This document shows, piece by piece, positions 6,946 to 16,620 of a stretch of 34,229 bases of DNA. Each line of letters opens with the position of its first letter. Position 1 is the first letter of the stretch. The translations under genes were made by a program, and so were the position numbers. This stretch comes from Candidatus Kaiserbacteria bacterium (GTDB lineage Bacteria > Patescibacteriota > Minisyncoccia > Phycocordibacterales > UBA12088). The stretch spans positions 1 through 34,229 of the forward strand of contig PWVU01000025.1 in NCBI GenBank assembly GCA_003561715.1. Reading direction: 5' to 3'. The notes under the pieces were generated by a model. It was not told the origin of the DNA. It was given only the letters and a program-made list of their open reading frames with translations, and ran no database searches.

Positions 6946-9549
6946 TCAGACCTTAAAGCGCTCATCAATCACACCCTTCTTGGTATCGAATACTTCTGAC
7001 TGGAATATCGGACGGAATGAGCCATCTTGGAGCTGTTCTTTGATAATAACGAAGTACTCATTTGGCTGTATCAAGCAGTAGTAGCGACCGGCTTCGTCTG
7101 TGGGTACTTTTTTAACGGGACGGTCCGGTTGTTCCGGTAGATATACTTCAACCGAAGCGTAAGCAATCGGCGCACCGGTTGCACTATCGATCACACGACC
7201 TTTGGTCTGCGGTTTCATATAGATCTTGCGCAGGAGCATAATGATGACATAGATGACCACTACCCCTATATTGATAGGAGTCGGCGAAAGATAGAGTACT
7301 GTTAATGCAAGCACAAAACCCACATAAAACAGTGCTTGCGTTACAATATGGAGCACCAACCCGAAGCGTGAATAGTACTTCATAACGCCAAGTCGACGCT
7401 TCTCAAACTCATTCCAGTCAAAGGTGGTTGGGTCCATCGGAATATCGTGCGCAATAAGCGTGGACTCATCATCGGTAATGGTAAGCGAATCCCCGAAATA
7501 CAAGTGGTTGTATATGATGTCTTCTTTCGATCCGGCAACGCGTTTTGATGGGAACACATAATTTGTTTTTGCCGCCTTAAGGGTATATTCTCCCGGCTCC
7601 GGTGAAAAGCCATAACGCCCATCGAGGTCGGTGATTGCCGAAGCAATCGACTCTCCGGTCTTGCGATCCAACAACTCAACATACGCCGGATCGAGCGGCT
7701 GTTTGGTCACACTGTCATACACCGTACCCCACGGACGACGCCGCTTGCGGATACCAAGCCACGAGAAGAGCCACGAGACAAATTGCCCGAAATCGCGCAC
7801 TCGCATCAATAGCGCATACCAAAACGAGGTGCCTGATGCGGCAGAGATCAGACCGAGTTCTACCGCGGGAATAAAGAGCCCGGTAACAGCAGTACCAACC
7901 ACGATCACGCGACTGGTGTCGGGATTTTCCGATACGCGTTCGACCGTCCGTGCCGCTTGTTCACGCGCACCCGTGGTTACTCGAGAGGTGACCTCGCGAG
8001 CCTCTCGCCTGAGTACCGGGAGCACGTCACGAGGTATAATTGGACGTCGTTCCTCGACCGAGGCGGGTGGCGCAGAGGGTTCAGGTGGATCAGCCTCGAC
8101 GGGTATCTCATCTTCGGGAGGAGCACTCGGATCTGAAGGATCTGACGGCAGACCCGGACCACTTGGACCGCCAGACGCAGGTCCTGGAGCATCCGGACCA
8201 GTTGGATCCGCAGGACCCGGAGATGGGTCGGGTGGATCAACCGGGTCAGGTTCGTCCGGTGGATCGGAAGGATCAATGGGGTCGGGAGGTGTGGGATCTG
8301 CAGGAACTGTTGCGGGTGCCGGTGCGGAGAGGGCTGATGCATTACCCGCATTGTCGACCGCACCAACGCGATAGGTGTACGTGGAGCCAGGCGTAACAGC
8401 ACTGTCCACATACGTCAGGCCTGAGGTTGTCGCTATTAATACATCATTGCGAAAGATGCGATAGTATCCTACGCCACTTTGCGTGTCAGTCGAAGCATTC
8501 CACGAGACCTCTATGGCGGGTCCGGGAACCGCATTTGCGGTGACATTCTGTGGAACGGTAGGCGGGGTCGTATCGGGTACAGGAATGGATGCGATCACTT
8601 CATTGGACTGTGCGGATTCATTTCCCGCTCCATCGACCGCGGACACCCTATAGGTGTAGGTAGTACCTTCTACCACCGCCGGGTCCACAAGTGTCGTTGT
8701 GGTCGTAGTCGCGTAGAGTGTGGTATTTCGATATATTCGATAGAATGCGACGCCCGACTGACTGTCCGAGGATGCGTGCCACGTAAGCGTTACCGAGGGC
8801 GCCGCGGCATTGATGCTTGCAGTAAGATTTTGCGGCACCGTAGGCGGGGTCGTATCGAGCGGTTCGCCGGTCGGAATCACCGCAGTCACCTGATTTGATT
8901 GAGCTGACTGATTACCCGCATTGTCAACAGCCGATACTCGGTATGTGTAGGTGGTGCCTGTCGCCACGTTGAAATCAACGTATTCGGTAATGGTCGACGT
9001 ATTGATAAACGTACCATTGCGATATATCCGATAGTGTGAGATACCCGATTGATCGTCGGTCGAAGGACTCCAGGAAAGAGTGACCGAAGGAGGTCCAAGC
9101 GCGACCGATGCGGCAAGGTCTTGTGGTATGGACGGCGGAGTCGGATCTCCCCCGCCACTTGGCGCGCTAACATTTGCAGTTGTAGGAGCGGATTGCGCAG
9201 ACTCATTACTGGCATTATCAACCGCGGAAATACGGTAGACATACGAGTTCCCCACAGCAACCCCAAGATCGGAAAAAGAAGTCGCCGTGGTCGACGCGTA
9301 GAGTATAGTATCGCGATAGATATTGTAGTAGGCGACACCGCTCTCTGCATCAGTCGAGGCACTCCAGGTGATATCGACCTGCGGTACGCTAGCTATGACC
9401 GTATGCGAGACATTCTGCGGCACTGTAGGAGGGGTCGTATCCGCAAGAATTTCCATCCCGATGGTGAATTGTGCAGATTGTGCCTGCGTCTCTGACAATG
9501 GAGCAAGTACCAGTGTACACACAAAAAGCAACGCGATAGGGTAGCGCAT
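6946..9549 (-). CDS. Large surface/membrane protein: signal peptide, 4 FN3 repeats, Pro/Asp-rich linker, TM segments and 2 carboxypeptidase-regulatory-like domains
   Basis: ATG 9549 gives MRYPIALLFVCTLVLAPLSETQAQ (signal peptide). There are four roughly 95-aa repeats of the form DTTPPTVPQN...SW.AS.D..SGV..YRIYRN...Y.YRVSAVD.AGN.S. A DPxDP-rich linker follows, then hydrophobic helices. Two transthyretin-like units are present (GTVYDSVTKQPLDPAYVELLD...DLDGRYGF and GRVIDSATGAPIAYASVEVYL...DEAGRYY). Confidence 0.8.
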   Translation of the reverse strand: MRYPIALLFVCTLVLAPLSETQAQSAQFTIGMEILADTTPPTVPQNVSHTVIASVPQVDITWSASTDAESGVAYYNIYRDTILYASTTATSFSDLGVAVGNSYVYRISAVDNASNESAQSAPTTANVSAPSGGGDPTPPSIPQDLAASVALGPPSVTLSWSPSTDDQSGISHYRIYRNGTFINTSTITEYVDFNVATGTTYTYRVSAVDNAGNQSAQSNQVTAVIPTGEPLDTTPPTVPQNLTASINAAAPSVTLTWHASSDSQSGVAFYRIYRNTTLYATTTTTTLVDPAVVEGTTYTYRVSAVDGAGNESAQSNEVIASIPVPDTTPPTVPQNVTANAVPGPAIEVSWNASTDTQSGVGYYRIFRNDVLIATTSGLTYVDSAVTPGSTYTYRVGAVDNAGNASALSAPAPATVPADPTPPDPIDPSDPPDEPDPVDPPDPSPGPADPTGPDAPGPASGGPSGPGLPSDPSDPSAPPEDEIPVEADPPEPSAPPASVEERRPIIPRDVLPVLRREAREVTSRVTTGAREQAARTVERVSENPDTSRVIVVGTAVTGLFIPAVELGLISAASGTSFWYALLMRVRDFGQFVSWLFSWLGIRKRRRPWGTVYDSVTKQPLDPAYVELLDRKTGESIASAITDLDGRYGFSPEPGEYTLKAAKTNYVFPSKRVAGSKEDIIYNHLYFGDSLTITDDESTLIAHDIPMDPTTFDWNEFEKRRLGVMKYYSRFGLVLHIVTQALFYVGFVLALTVLYLSPTPINIGVVVIYVIIMLLRKIYMKPQTKGRVIDSATGAPIAYASVEVYLPEQPDRPVKKVPTDEAGRYYCLIQPNEYFVIIKEQLQDGSFRPIFQSEVFDTKKGVIDERFKV
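8299..9441 (-). repeat. Four tandem roughly 285-bp coding repeats (FN3 modules)
   Basis: Module lengths are 98, 97, 94 and 92 aa. Junctions share near-identical 30-mers (plus strand attctgcggcactgtaggaggggtcgtatc, attttgcggcaccgtaggcggggtcgtatc, attctgtggaacggtaggcggggtcgtatc). Confidence 0.8.
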
Positions 9550-9806
9550 AGTAACATCATTGTACCGCTCTTTCGGAGCTGTAGATACCGCAATACCGTG
9601 GACAAACCCGCTCCGCGGTATAAGATTTTGGTGACAGCAGAGGCGTATCAGCGTGAGCAAGAGGGAACATATTCGCAACAACCGATTCCTCATGCAACTC
9701 CGCAATACGTATGGCCATTTTTGCTACAGCACGTACGGCCGGACATGCTGTAACAAGATCACATTCATGCTGAGAAAATGAGGTGACATCGAGGCGATAC
9801 CAGGTA

Positions 9807-10613
9807 TTACGAAAGTGTGAAGAGTACCACGACCGCAACGATCACAAGATATACCGCAAATGGTATGAGCGAGTAGTGCTTGAGGTATTTGATGAAGTAG
9901 TGGATGCAGAGAAGTCCGACTACAAACGAAACGACGGAGCCGAGCGCAAGTGCAAGCAGATTTGAAGCGGCAACGCCGGAAAAGCCGATTGAAAGCGTTT
10001 TGAGTATCCCCACCCCGGCGACAATCGGGAGCGAAAGCATGAACGAAAAACGTGCCGCCTCTACACGAGACAACCCCGCAAGCAACCCACCGGCAATGGT
10101 CGCGCCCGAGCGCGACATTCCCGGCACAAGTGCGCACGCCTGAAACAGACCGATGATATATCCGCGTCGTACCGAAAGCGAATGTGTTGATGCTCCGCGC
10201 ATCAGTATCTCAGCGCCAATAAACAGTGCCGCGCTTGCCAGCATGATCACCGCAACCGCCTGCGCCGAATACAACGCACTTTCGATGATGTCTTCGAACA
10301 AGAAGCCGAGTACCACAACTGGAATGGTGCCGACACACAACCCCAGCCACAGTATGCGATCGGACACCGAAACGCGACTTCGATCAACGACGAACGCGTA
10401 GGTGGTGATACATAGTCGTTTCCATTCCTCCCGAAAATAGACGACAACCGCAAGCGCGGTTGCAAAATGAAGCGCAGCATCATACGCCAGCGCATGCTCA
10501 AATGTAAGCCCGAATACCTCACGCGCAAGCACCAAATGCCCGGTTGATGATATAGGCAGAAATTCCGTAAGACCTTGCACCAATCCCAGTAGTAATGCGG
10601 TGGGTATATCCAT
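9807..10613 (-). CDS. uppP: Undecaprenyl-diphosphate phosphatase
   Basis: BacA signature GLTEFLPISSTGHL, plus PGMSRSGATI and 8 predicted TM segments. Confidence 0.93.
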   Translation of the reverse strand: MDIPTALLLGLVQGLTEFLPISSTGHLVLAREVFGLTFEHALAYDAALHFATALAVVVYFREEWKRLCITTYAFVVDRSRVSVSDRILWLGLCVGTIPVVVLGFLFEDIIESALYSAQAVAVIMLASAALFIGAEILMRGASTHSLSVRRGYIIGLFQACALVPGMSRSGATIAGGLLAGLSRVEAARFSFMLSLPIVAGVGILKTLSIGFSGVAASNLLALALGSVVSFVVGLLCIHYFIKYLKHYSLIPFAVYLVIVAVVVLFTLS

Positions 10614-10704
10614 ACGGTAACCAATACGCTGCGAGACGCATTGACGCGCCTCAAAAACTCTATGCTATACTAACGTGATCGCGTAAGACTCACAACTATT
10701 CCGT

Positions 10705-11553
10705 ATGCACCAACAACCCTCTCGACACACAGACCACGCACCACGTAAGCGCCGCACGCGACCAAATCCATATCTCGTCCCCGGCTCGATCCTTGTTGCC
10801 GGTATGATGGTCGCGGGCGCGTTCTTTTTGACCCGCAGTGGTGAAGCACCCACGCCAACACCCCAACCTCAAGCGCAGTCAGGTGAGCCGAATATTCGCC
10901 CGGTTTCATCGAACGATTGGGTACGTGGCAATCCGAATGCACCGATCGTAGTTGTTGAATACTCGGATTTCGAGTGCCCCTTTTGCGGCGTTTTCCACGA
11001 GACGATGAATCGCATTATGGAAACCTATGGACGCAATGGGCACGTTGCGTGGGTCTTCCGCCACTTCCCTATTGAGCAACTGCACCCGCAAGCATGGTCG
11101 ATTGCCATTGCCGCCGAGTGTGTAGGAGATATAGGTGGCAATGATCCCTTTTGGCAGTTTGCCGACCTCATTTTTGAGAATACCAAAGGAGGCGACAGTC
11201 TCAATATGTCTCTCTTGCCGCAATACGCAACACAAGTCGGTATCAATCGTGAAGCTTTCAATGCGTGTCGCGAGAGTGAGCGCACGCGCCCCGCCGTACA
11301 AACCGACCACGACGAGGCTCGGGATGGCGCTCGAGGCACCGGCACGCCACACAATGTCATTATCGCAGGCGGTCAAAGCGCGGCGCTCCCCGGTGCGCTT
11401 CCGTACGATCAGCTCACCATCATCTTCGATTCAATACTTGACCAACTGGGCGTTTCAAGAGAACAGGCACCACTTCCACCAAGCGAACCCGCAGTCCCAA
11501 TTGAAAACATCGGCGAAGATATTGAGGATGCGCCCGAAGATCAGGAGGAATGA
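10705..11553 (+). CDS. DsbA/thioredoxin-fold thiol:disulfide oxidoreductase, membrane-anchored
   Basis: N-terminal TM (YLVPGSILVAGMMVAGAFFL). VVVEYSDFECPFCGVFH contains the CxxC motif, and GTPHNVI contains a cis-Pro-type loop. Acidic C-terminal tail. Stop is TGA. Confidence 0.85.
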   Translation: MHQQPSRHTDHAPRKRRTRPNPYLVPGSILVAGMMVAGAFFLTRSGEAPTPTPQPQAQSGEPNIRPVSSNDWVRGNPNAPIVVVEYSDFECPFCGVFHETMNRIMETYGRNGHVAWVFRHFPIEQLHPQAWSIAIAAECVGDIGGNDPFWQFADLIFENTKGGDSLNMSLLPQYATQVGINREAFNACRESERTRPAVQTDHDEARDGARGTGTPHNVIIAGGQSAALPGALPYDQLTIIFDSILDQLGVSREQAPLPPSEPAVPIENIGEDIEDAPEDQEE

Positions 11554-14543
11554 GTCGCGCGAATACGATCGACCAGTGCACGATAGGGATTCTTTAGACC
11601 CGGCTCTTGATCCCAGAAGGCAAACGTATAGATCTCTTCAGCGACACGCGCAAGTTCGCGTCTCAGATCTGCAACTTCTTCGTCAGCAATATACAATACT
11701 TCAGGCGGACGTATTGCACCCTTGGCGTCGGGCTCTACAAAATCGATTGCGCCCGAAGCAAGGTTGCCAAGCACCGGGTTACTCTCTTGGTCGGCAAGAA
11801 GCAGTGCATAAAATACCAACTGACGTTTGTAATCTCCCGCGCCGTCAGCTTTGGTCTTCCCCTCAATATGATTGCGCGACTTGGGTTTGCCGGTCTTGTA
11901 GTCGACCACCTCAACCGAGCCGTCGGGCAACAACGTCACCCGATCGAGAATGCCGCGTGTCGGCGCACGGAGTCCTTCGCCAAACGTAATATGTGTGGTG
12001 AGTTTATACTCGGTGGCATATGGTGCGGCAAATGCGGTTTCCCGTGCGGCATAATACGCACGTAATGAGACTTCTCCTTTTTCCAACACCTCCCGATATT
12101 CCACATCGGAAAACGGCATACGCGAAAGATGGTACGTAAACCGTGTCAAGAGATACGCGAGGTCGGCATGCACTTCTTCGCGCAAACGTTCAAAGAAATC
12201 TCTGAGCGCACCGTGTATCGCGTCGCCATACAACATGAATTTATTCGGCGCCTTCGGCAGACGCAGAAGATTGGAAAAGACATACTCCCACGGATCTTTG
12301 AGGTAGTTATTGAACGCGGTTGCGGAAAGACCCTGCTCGAGAAAAAGTGATTGCAGATACGCTCGGTCAATGATCGGTGCTTCGTGCGCCACACGCGCGG
12401 CAAGCAACTGCTCGGGCGTGCACGCCTGCTCAAACGCATCTGTTGCAACATGCTCACGATACCGCTCGTCAATCTCTTCAATGAATTGCGATGGGAGCTG
12501 TTGACGGCCGGCGCTATTCTGTCGTGCGTAGGTGATTGTTACCCCATGGCGAGCACGAGTAAGTGCCACATAGAACAAACGACGCTCATCTGCCAGCGCC
12601 TCTTCTTCGTCAGTCGCCGTGGGGAGAATGGTGAACGTGGTGCGCCTTGCTTTCGCACCCCATGCAGCATCATGTCCATGCATAACGAACACATGATCGA
12701 ATTCAAGGCCCTTTGATTTGTGAGCCGTCATAAGACGCACGCGTGAGGTAGACACCATCGAACGCCCGGCTTGTATGGAAAGAGTGTAGTGTGCAAGCAG
12801 GCGGAGATGCTCGATCAAGTCCATAAGGCGGTATTCGCGATGCACCTCAACGAGCGCTTCGGTGGTACGCACAAAAGCGCGCACCAATTCCAACTTCTCA
12901 CGACCGTCGGGCAGATCAAGCACGTACGACACAAAACCCGACTCATGCATGATCTCATCGAGCACCACCAAGAGGCTGTGATTTTTAGCACGCATCGCCC
13001 ACCGAGCGATACTATCCGAGAGCGTGAGATAGTGTTCCACATCACTCACCTCGGAGCGCTCCAGCAATGTACGCGAGGCGATCAGTTCGTGAAAGGTGGT
13101 ACGCTCTTTGTACCGCGTACGCGCAAGCTTGTACAGATCGAGCGGCGTACAGCCAAGACACGCAACATACAGCGCACGCGCCAATGCTTCATCGTTACCA
13201 AATCGTGCAACCGCTTCAAGCAAGGTACAAAGACCTTGTATCGTATCATCTGCAAGAGCGTTTTGGTCCGATTCTATACCATACGGTATTCCCACCCGTT
13301 CAAGCGCGGGTGTTAACGCATCGACATGGCTGTTTGCGCGATACAACACCGCAATTTCCTGTGCCGGCACCCCTTCATCAAGCAAGGTACGGATTGCGCG
13401 TGCAATATACGCATACTCATACGACGGCTCCGAGCACTCCGCAACGACCACGTTCGCCTCAGCGCCTTCGAGGTTGGCAATAAGCGGCTCCTTGCGCTCA
13501 TGCGCCGAAAGGGTTCCTTTTTCGATCAAACTGTGCGACGAGTCGAGTATACCTTGGCGCGAGCGGTAATTTTCAGCAAGCTGTATCAGAAGGGCTTCGG
13601 GATACCGTGCTTTGAAGTACAGAAAATTTTCAAGCGAAGCACCTTGAAAGCGGTAGATCGCTTGCTTGGCATCTCCTACCAAAAAAAGATTGGGGTTCTC
13701 GTGAAAGCTCGCCAACAGTTCCAGTAATCTGTTCTGGGAATTATTCGCGTCCTGGTGCTCATCGGCAAGCAGGTACAAGTACTCTTCCTGTACGGTCAGC
13801 AAGAACTCCTCGTTGGTCGAAAGCGCGCGTACTGTCTCGACGATCATATCTTCATAGTCATAGAGCGCACGTTCGCGAAGCAGTGCTTCGTACCGCTCAT
13901 AGACCAGTACTAATTCCTCATTCTTCTCAAGCTGCTTCTGAAGCGTTGCGTACTTCCCTTTCATCTTGCCTTTATGTGCACCTTTTTCATGATAGAGATC
14001 ATCGGTCACATCGAACACTTCCCGCTCACGCGCATTGCGAGCGCGCGCATCATCGGGGGTAACCCCCTCTCGCTTGAGCTCCCCTATCGCGCTTGCAATT
14101 GCTTTGACATAGTGACGCGGATCACCATACGGACGCAGGTGCTTGGGTGTAAGCTCGTCGAGACAGGTTTCGATCAAACGAAACGTATCAACCTCGGTAA
14201 TAGGCGAGCTCCCAATGATACGCGGGTAGGCATCCGGGTAGCGACGAATAAGATCATTACAAAACCCATGGAACGTGAATATAGCGACTGCGTATCCCGC
14301 GGGACCGATAAGCTCGACCAATCGCTTGCGCATCGCGTACACGCCCGCCTCGGTGAACGTGAGTGCAAGGATCGCCGAGGGTGGGGTATCGGTCTGTTTG
14401 AGAATATTAGCTATACGTAGGGTCAGAATCTGCGTTTTGCCGGTGCCGGGACCCGCAATTACCATTACCGGTCCTTCAATGGCGTCAACCGCTTGCTTTT
14501 GGGCGGCATTGAGCGCGCGATAGCTTGCGGAAAAAGCAGTCAT
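11541..14543 (-). CDS. UvrD/PcrA-type SF1 DNA helicase fused to a C-terminal PD-(D/E)XK (RecB-like) nuclease
   Basis: Walker A AGPGTGKTQ, DEHQD, and the helicase motifs FLVGDAKQAIYRFQGA and LMTAHKSKGLEFD. C-terminal nuclease motifs GILDRV...VEVVDYKTGKPK...YKRQLVFY. The track start at 14549 is a TTG; ATG is at 14543. Stop is TGA. It overlaps the convergent dsbA-like gene by 13 nt. Confidence 0.9.
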   Translation of the reverse strand: MTAFSASYRALNAAQKQAVDAIEGPVMVIAGPGTGKTQILTLRIANILKQTDTPPSAILALTFTEAGVYAMRKRLVELIGPAGYAVAIFTFHGFCNDLIRRYPDAYPRIIGSSPITEVDTFRLIETCLDELTPKHLRPYGDPRHYVKAIASAIGELKREGVTPDDARARNAREREVFDVTDDLYHEKGAHKGKMKGKYATLQKQLEKNEELVLVYERYEALLRERALYDYEDMIVETVRALSTNEEFLLTVQEEYLYLLADEHQDANNSQNRLLELLASFHENPNLFLVGDAKQAIYRFQGASLENFLYFKARYPEALLIQLAENYRSRQGILDSSHSLIEKGTLSAHERKEPLIANLEGAEANVVVAECSEPSYEYAYIARAIRTLLDEGVPAQEIAVLYRANSHVDALTPALERVGIPYGIESDQNALADDTIQGLCTLLEAVARFGNDEALARALYVACLGCTPLDLYKLARTRYKERTTFHELIASRTLLERSEVSDVEHYLTLSDSIARWAMRAKNHSLLVVLDEIMHESGFVSYVLDLPDGREKLELVRAFVRTTEALVEVHREYRLMDLIEHLRLLAHYTLSIQAGRSMVSTSRVRLMTAHKSKGLEFDHVFVMHGHDAAWGAKARRTTFTILPTATDEEEALADERRLFYVALTRARHGVTITYARQNSAGRQQLPSQFIEEIDERYREHVATDAFEQACTPEQLLAARVAHEAPIIDRAYLQSLFLEQGLSATAFNNYLKDPWEYVFSNLLRLPKAPNKFMLYGDAIHGALRDFFERLREEVHADLAYLLTRFTYHLSRMPFSDVEYREVLEKGEVSLRAYYAARETAFAAPYATEYKLTTHITFGEGLRAPTRGILDRVTLLPDGSVEVVDYKTGKPKSRNHIEGKTKADGAGDYKRQLVFYALLLADQESNPVLGNLASGAIDFVEPDAKGAIRPPEVLYIADEEVADLRRELARVAEEIYTFAFWDQEPGLKNPYRALVDRIRATHSS

Positions 14544-14635
14544 GCACAAAAGTATACCACGCTCCTTAAAAACGGGAGGAAGTCGTTCCCGAGGCGCGTA
14601 TGACTTTTGATACCCATCTACTATCGCGTATTCAC

Positions 14636-16042
14636 CTACGCCTTCGCTTCCTCCGCTTTCTGCTTATTGATCAGCCAGGTAAGTATGGGCGGCGTGAGCA
14701 AGGTCGTCATGATGACCATAATGATAATGACCGAAAAGACACTGCCGGTCACCACACCCAATCCGGCACCGATCGTTGCGAAGATCAAGCCAACTTCGCC
14801 ACGTGGTGACATACCAATACCCACGATCCACTTATTGACCCCCTTCCCCGCAACAATACCGGCAATCATTTTGCCGAAAAATGCAAGTACGGTAATGCCG
14901 AGCGCGGTCAAAAGAATCGCGGGATCAGCAAGTGTCGAGAGGTCGACCATCATGCCGGTCACGACAAAGAAGATCGGCACCACAAAGTGTGCGATCGGCT
15001 CAAGCAGATCTTCGACATGGTGCGCCGCGCGATGGTTGAGAATGCCACCAATACGACTACGCGTACGCTCATTGGCATGCAAGTCTGCCAATGCTTCATC
15101 GATCTCTTCAACTACCTCGGGCTTTCTGAAATAGCGGAAGCACACACTATCAAGCACCAGTCCGGCCGCAAACGCGCCGACAATAGGCGCCAATCCCATT
15201 TCGGAGGCAATGAAAGCGAAGATAAGACCGAAGGAGAACGCGAGCGCGAATTTCATACCCACGCCGGTGTGGATCTTAGAGAACCACAAACCGATCTTAG
15301 GAGCGAACAGGTGCCCCAAAATGAGAGCGCCTGCCAAAAACGCTACCGATTTGAAAACGATCCATCCAACCGTACCCGCGGTGATCACCCCGATCGTCAC
15401 CAATGCCGATATGACCGCCAACACAATAAGCCCGAGTATGTCATCGATCACCGCCGCACCCAGTACGATCTGCGACTCCTTACTCTGCAACTTACCCAAA
15501 TCCTTAAAGACGCGCGCAGTAATACCCACTGACGTTGCGGTCAATGCCGCGCCCAAAAAGAGATAGGTGTTAAATGTCTGATCGGGAAGTAACCATGGTC
15601 CCACTACCCATGCACCCAGCACGAATGGCACGACCGCGCCCAGTATAGCGACCATAATGGCGGGAACCCCAACCTTTTTCATAGTGCTTAGGTTTGATTC
15701 CAAGCCAATTTGGAACAACAAGACCACAACGCCCAATTCAGCCAAGAAGAGAATAATGGGGTCGAGCGCAATGGGCTCAAATATCGTGATGCCGACAAGC
15801 GCAAGATTGCCCAATAACACGCCGACCAACAACTCGCCCAACACCGACGGTTGTCCCCAGCGCTCAATGAGGCTCGATAACTTTGCCGCAAGGAGGATGA
15901 CCGCGATCCAGAGAAACGTAAGAGCATACGCACCGTGATCACCCCCCGCCGCATCCGCCATGAACAAGCTCGGCATCATGAACACCACACCGGCAAGGGC
16001 GGGGACGAAGAACATCGGTCGGAATAAAAAAGACTGCTTCAT
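14636..16042 (-). CDS. Cation:proton antiporter (CPA2/Kef-NapA type)
   Basis: About 12 TM segments and typical Na_H_Exchanger-like segments (GQPSVLGELLVGVLLG, GLESNL, ATSVGITARV, GMSPRGEVGLI). Confidence 0.88.
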   Translation of the reverse strand: MKQSFLFRPMFFVPALAGVVFMMPSLFMADAAGGDHGAYALTFLWIAVILLAAKLSSLIERWGQPSVLGELLVGVLLGNLALVGITIFEPIALDPIILFLAELGVVVLLFQIGLESNLSTMKKVGVPAIMVAILGAVVPFVLGAWVVGPWLLPDQTFNTYLFLGAALTATSVGITARVFKDLGKLQSKESQIVLGAAVIDDILGLIVLAVISALVTIGVITAGTVGWIVFKSVAFLAGALILGHLFAPKIGLWFSKIHTGVGMKFALAFSFGLIFAFIASEMGLAPIVGAFAAGLVLDSVCFRYFRKPEVVEEIDEALADLHANERTRSRIGGILNHRAAHHVEDLLEPIAHFVVPIFFVVTGMMVDLSTLADPAILLTALGITVLAFFGKMIAGIVAGKGVNKWIVGIGMSPRGEVGLIFATIGAGLGVVTGSVFSVIIIMVIMTTLLTPPILTWLINKQKAEEAKA

Positions 16043-16560
16043 ACAACAGGTGACGCAACGCGCCTACTATACATGGATATGGATTTAGTAAGTCAAACGA
16101 CGTCTTTCGACTTGGCGCGTTTGCCGCCACTCCGATGCGCGGTACACCGACGCATGAGTGGTGGGTTGTTTCCCGAAGATACATCGCGAGCATCTTCAGA
16201 GGTGAGGAAATGCCTATACAGCCCTGCAAGACATCTATCGTAACGTACAAAAGCAGGAATTGAACCCGCTTTCTCCCCGTCAAACGTACGACACAACGCA
16301 GTGGAGTGTACTCCTCTTGCGCGCACTTTTCAAGGGGGATGTGCACACATGGAAGTGCGGAGCAAAAACTTGACACATACTTCTTTATATGCACTAATGC
16401 ATCCATGCGACAGCAATACCGACAACCGCGTATGGCGTGGACAAAGCGAGGAATCGCCTGCGTTTTTGACGTGGCGAACTATTCACTTACATATTTCGCG
16501 TTTATGTCCCGCCGCAAACGGTACGATCGGTAACCTCTCCTCCCCACTCCTTCGTGCACT

Positions 16561-16587
16561 CTCGGCTGGACAGAAGCCGAGTTTTTT
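16561..16587 (+). terminator. Rho-independent terminator 34 nt upstream of the GNAT start codon (possible attenuator)
   Basis: ctcggct-ggacaga-agccgag followed by tttttt: a 7-bp perfect stem plus a T6 run. AAGGAG lies 21 nt after the T-run and ATG is at 16621. Confidence 0.65.
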
Positions 16588-16620
16588 GTTCAGCGTGTTC
16601 TCTTACACAAGGAGTAGATC

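Noticed and set aside
16204-16214. GAGGAAATGCC resembles the RNase P RNA P4 motif GAGGAAAGTCC, and ACAGAAGCCGAG near 16570 resembles ACAGAACCCGGC.
   Set aside because: The other universally conserved RNase P segments (for example AAGGGTGAAA-type J11/12 and the P4 pairing partner) are absent. The second motif is fully explained as the loop and 3' arm of an intrinsic terminator.
16253-16269. A tRNA-like T-arm on the minus strand (GCGGG-TTCAATT-CCTGC). It suggested a tRNA, tmRNA 3' end or tRNA fragment marking an integration site.
   Set aside because: I could not build an acceptor stem (the 3' strand would be TTTTGTA, with no complementary 5' strand at tRNA distance), a D-arm or an anticodon arm. 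There is no CCA or tmRNA-like GGGG 5' end and no integrase nearby. It is kept only as a detail of the 16.1-16.6 kb gap; a tRNAscan/ARAGORN run would settle it.
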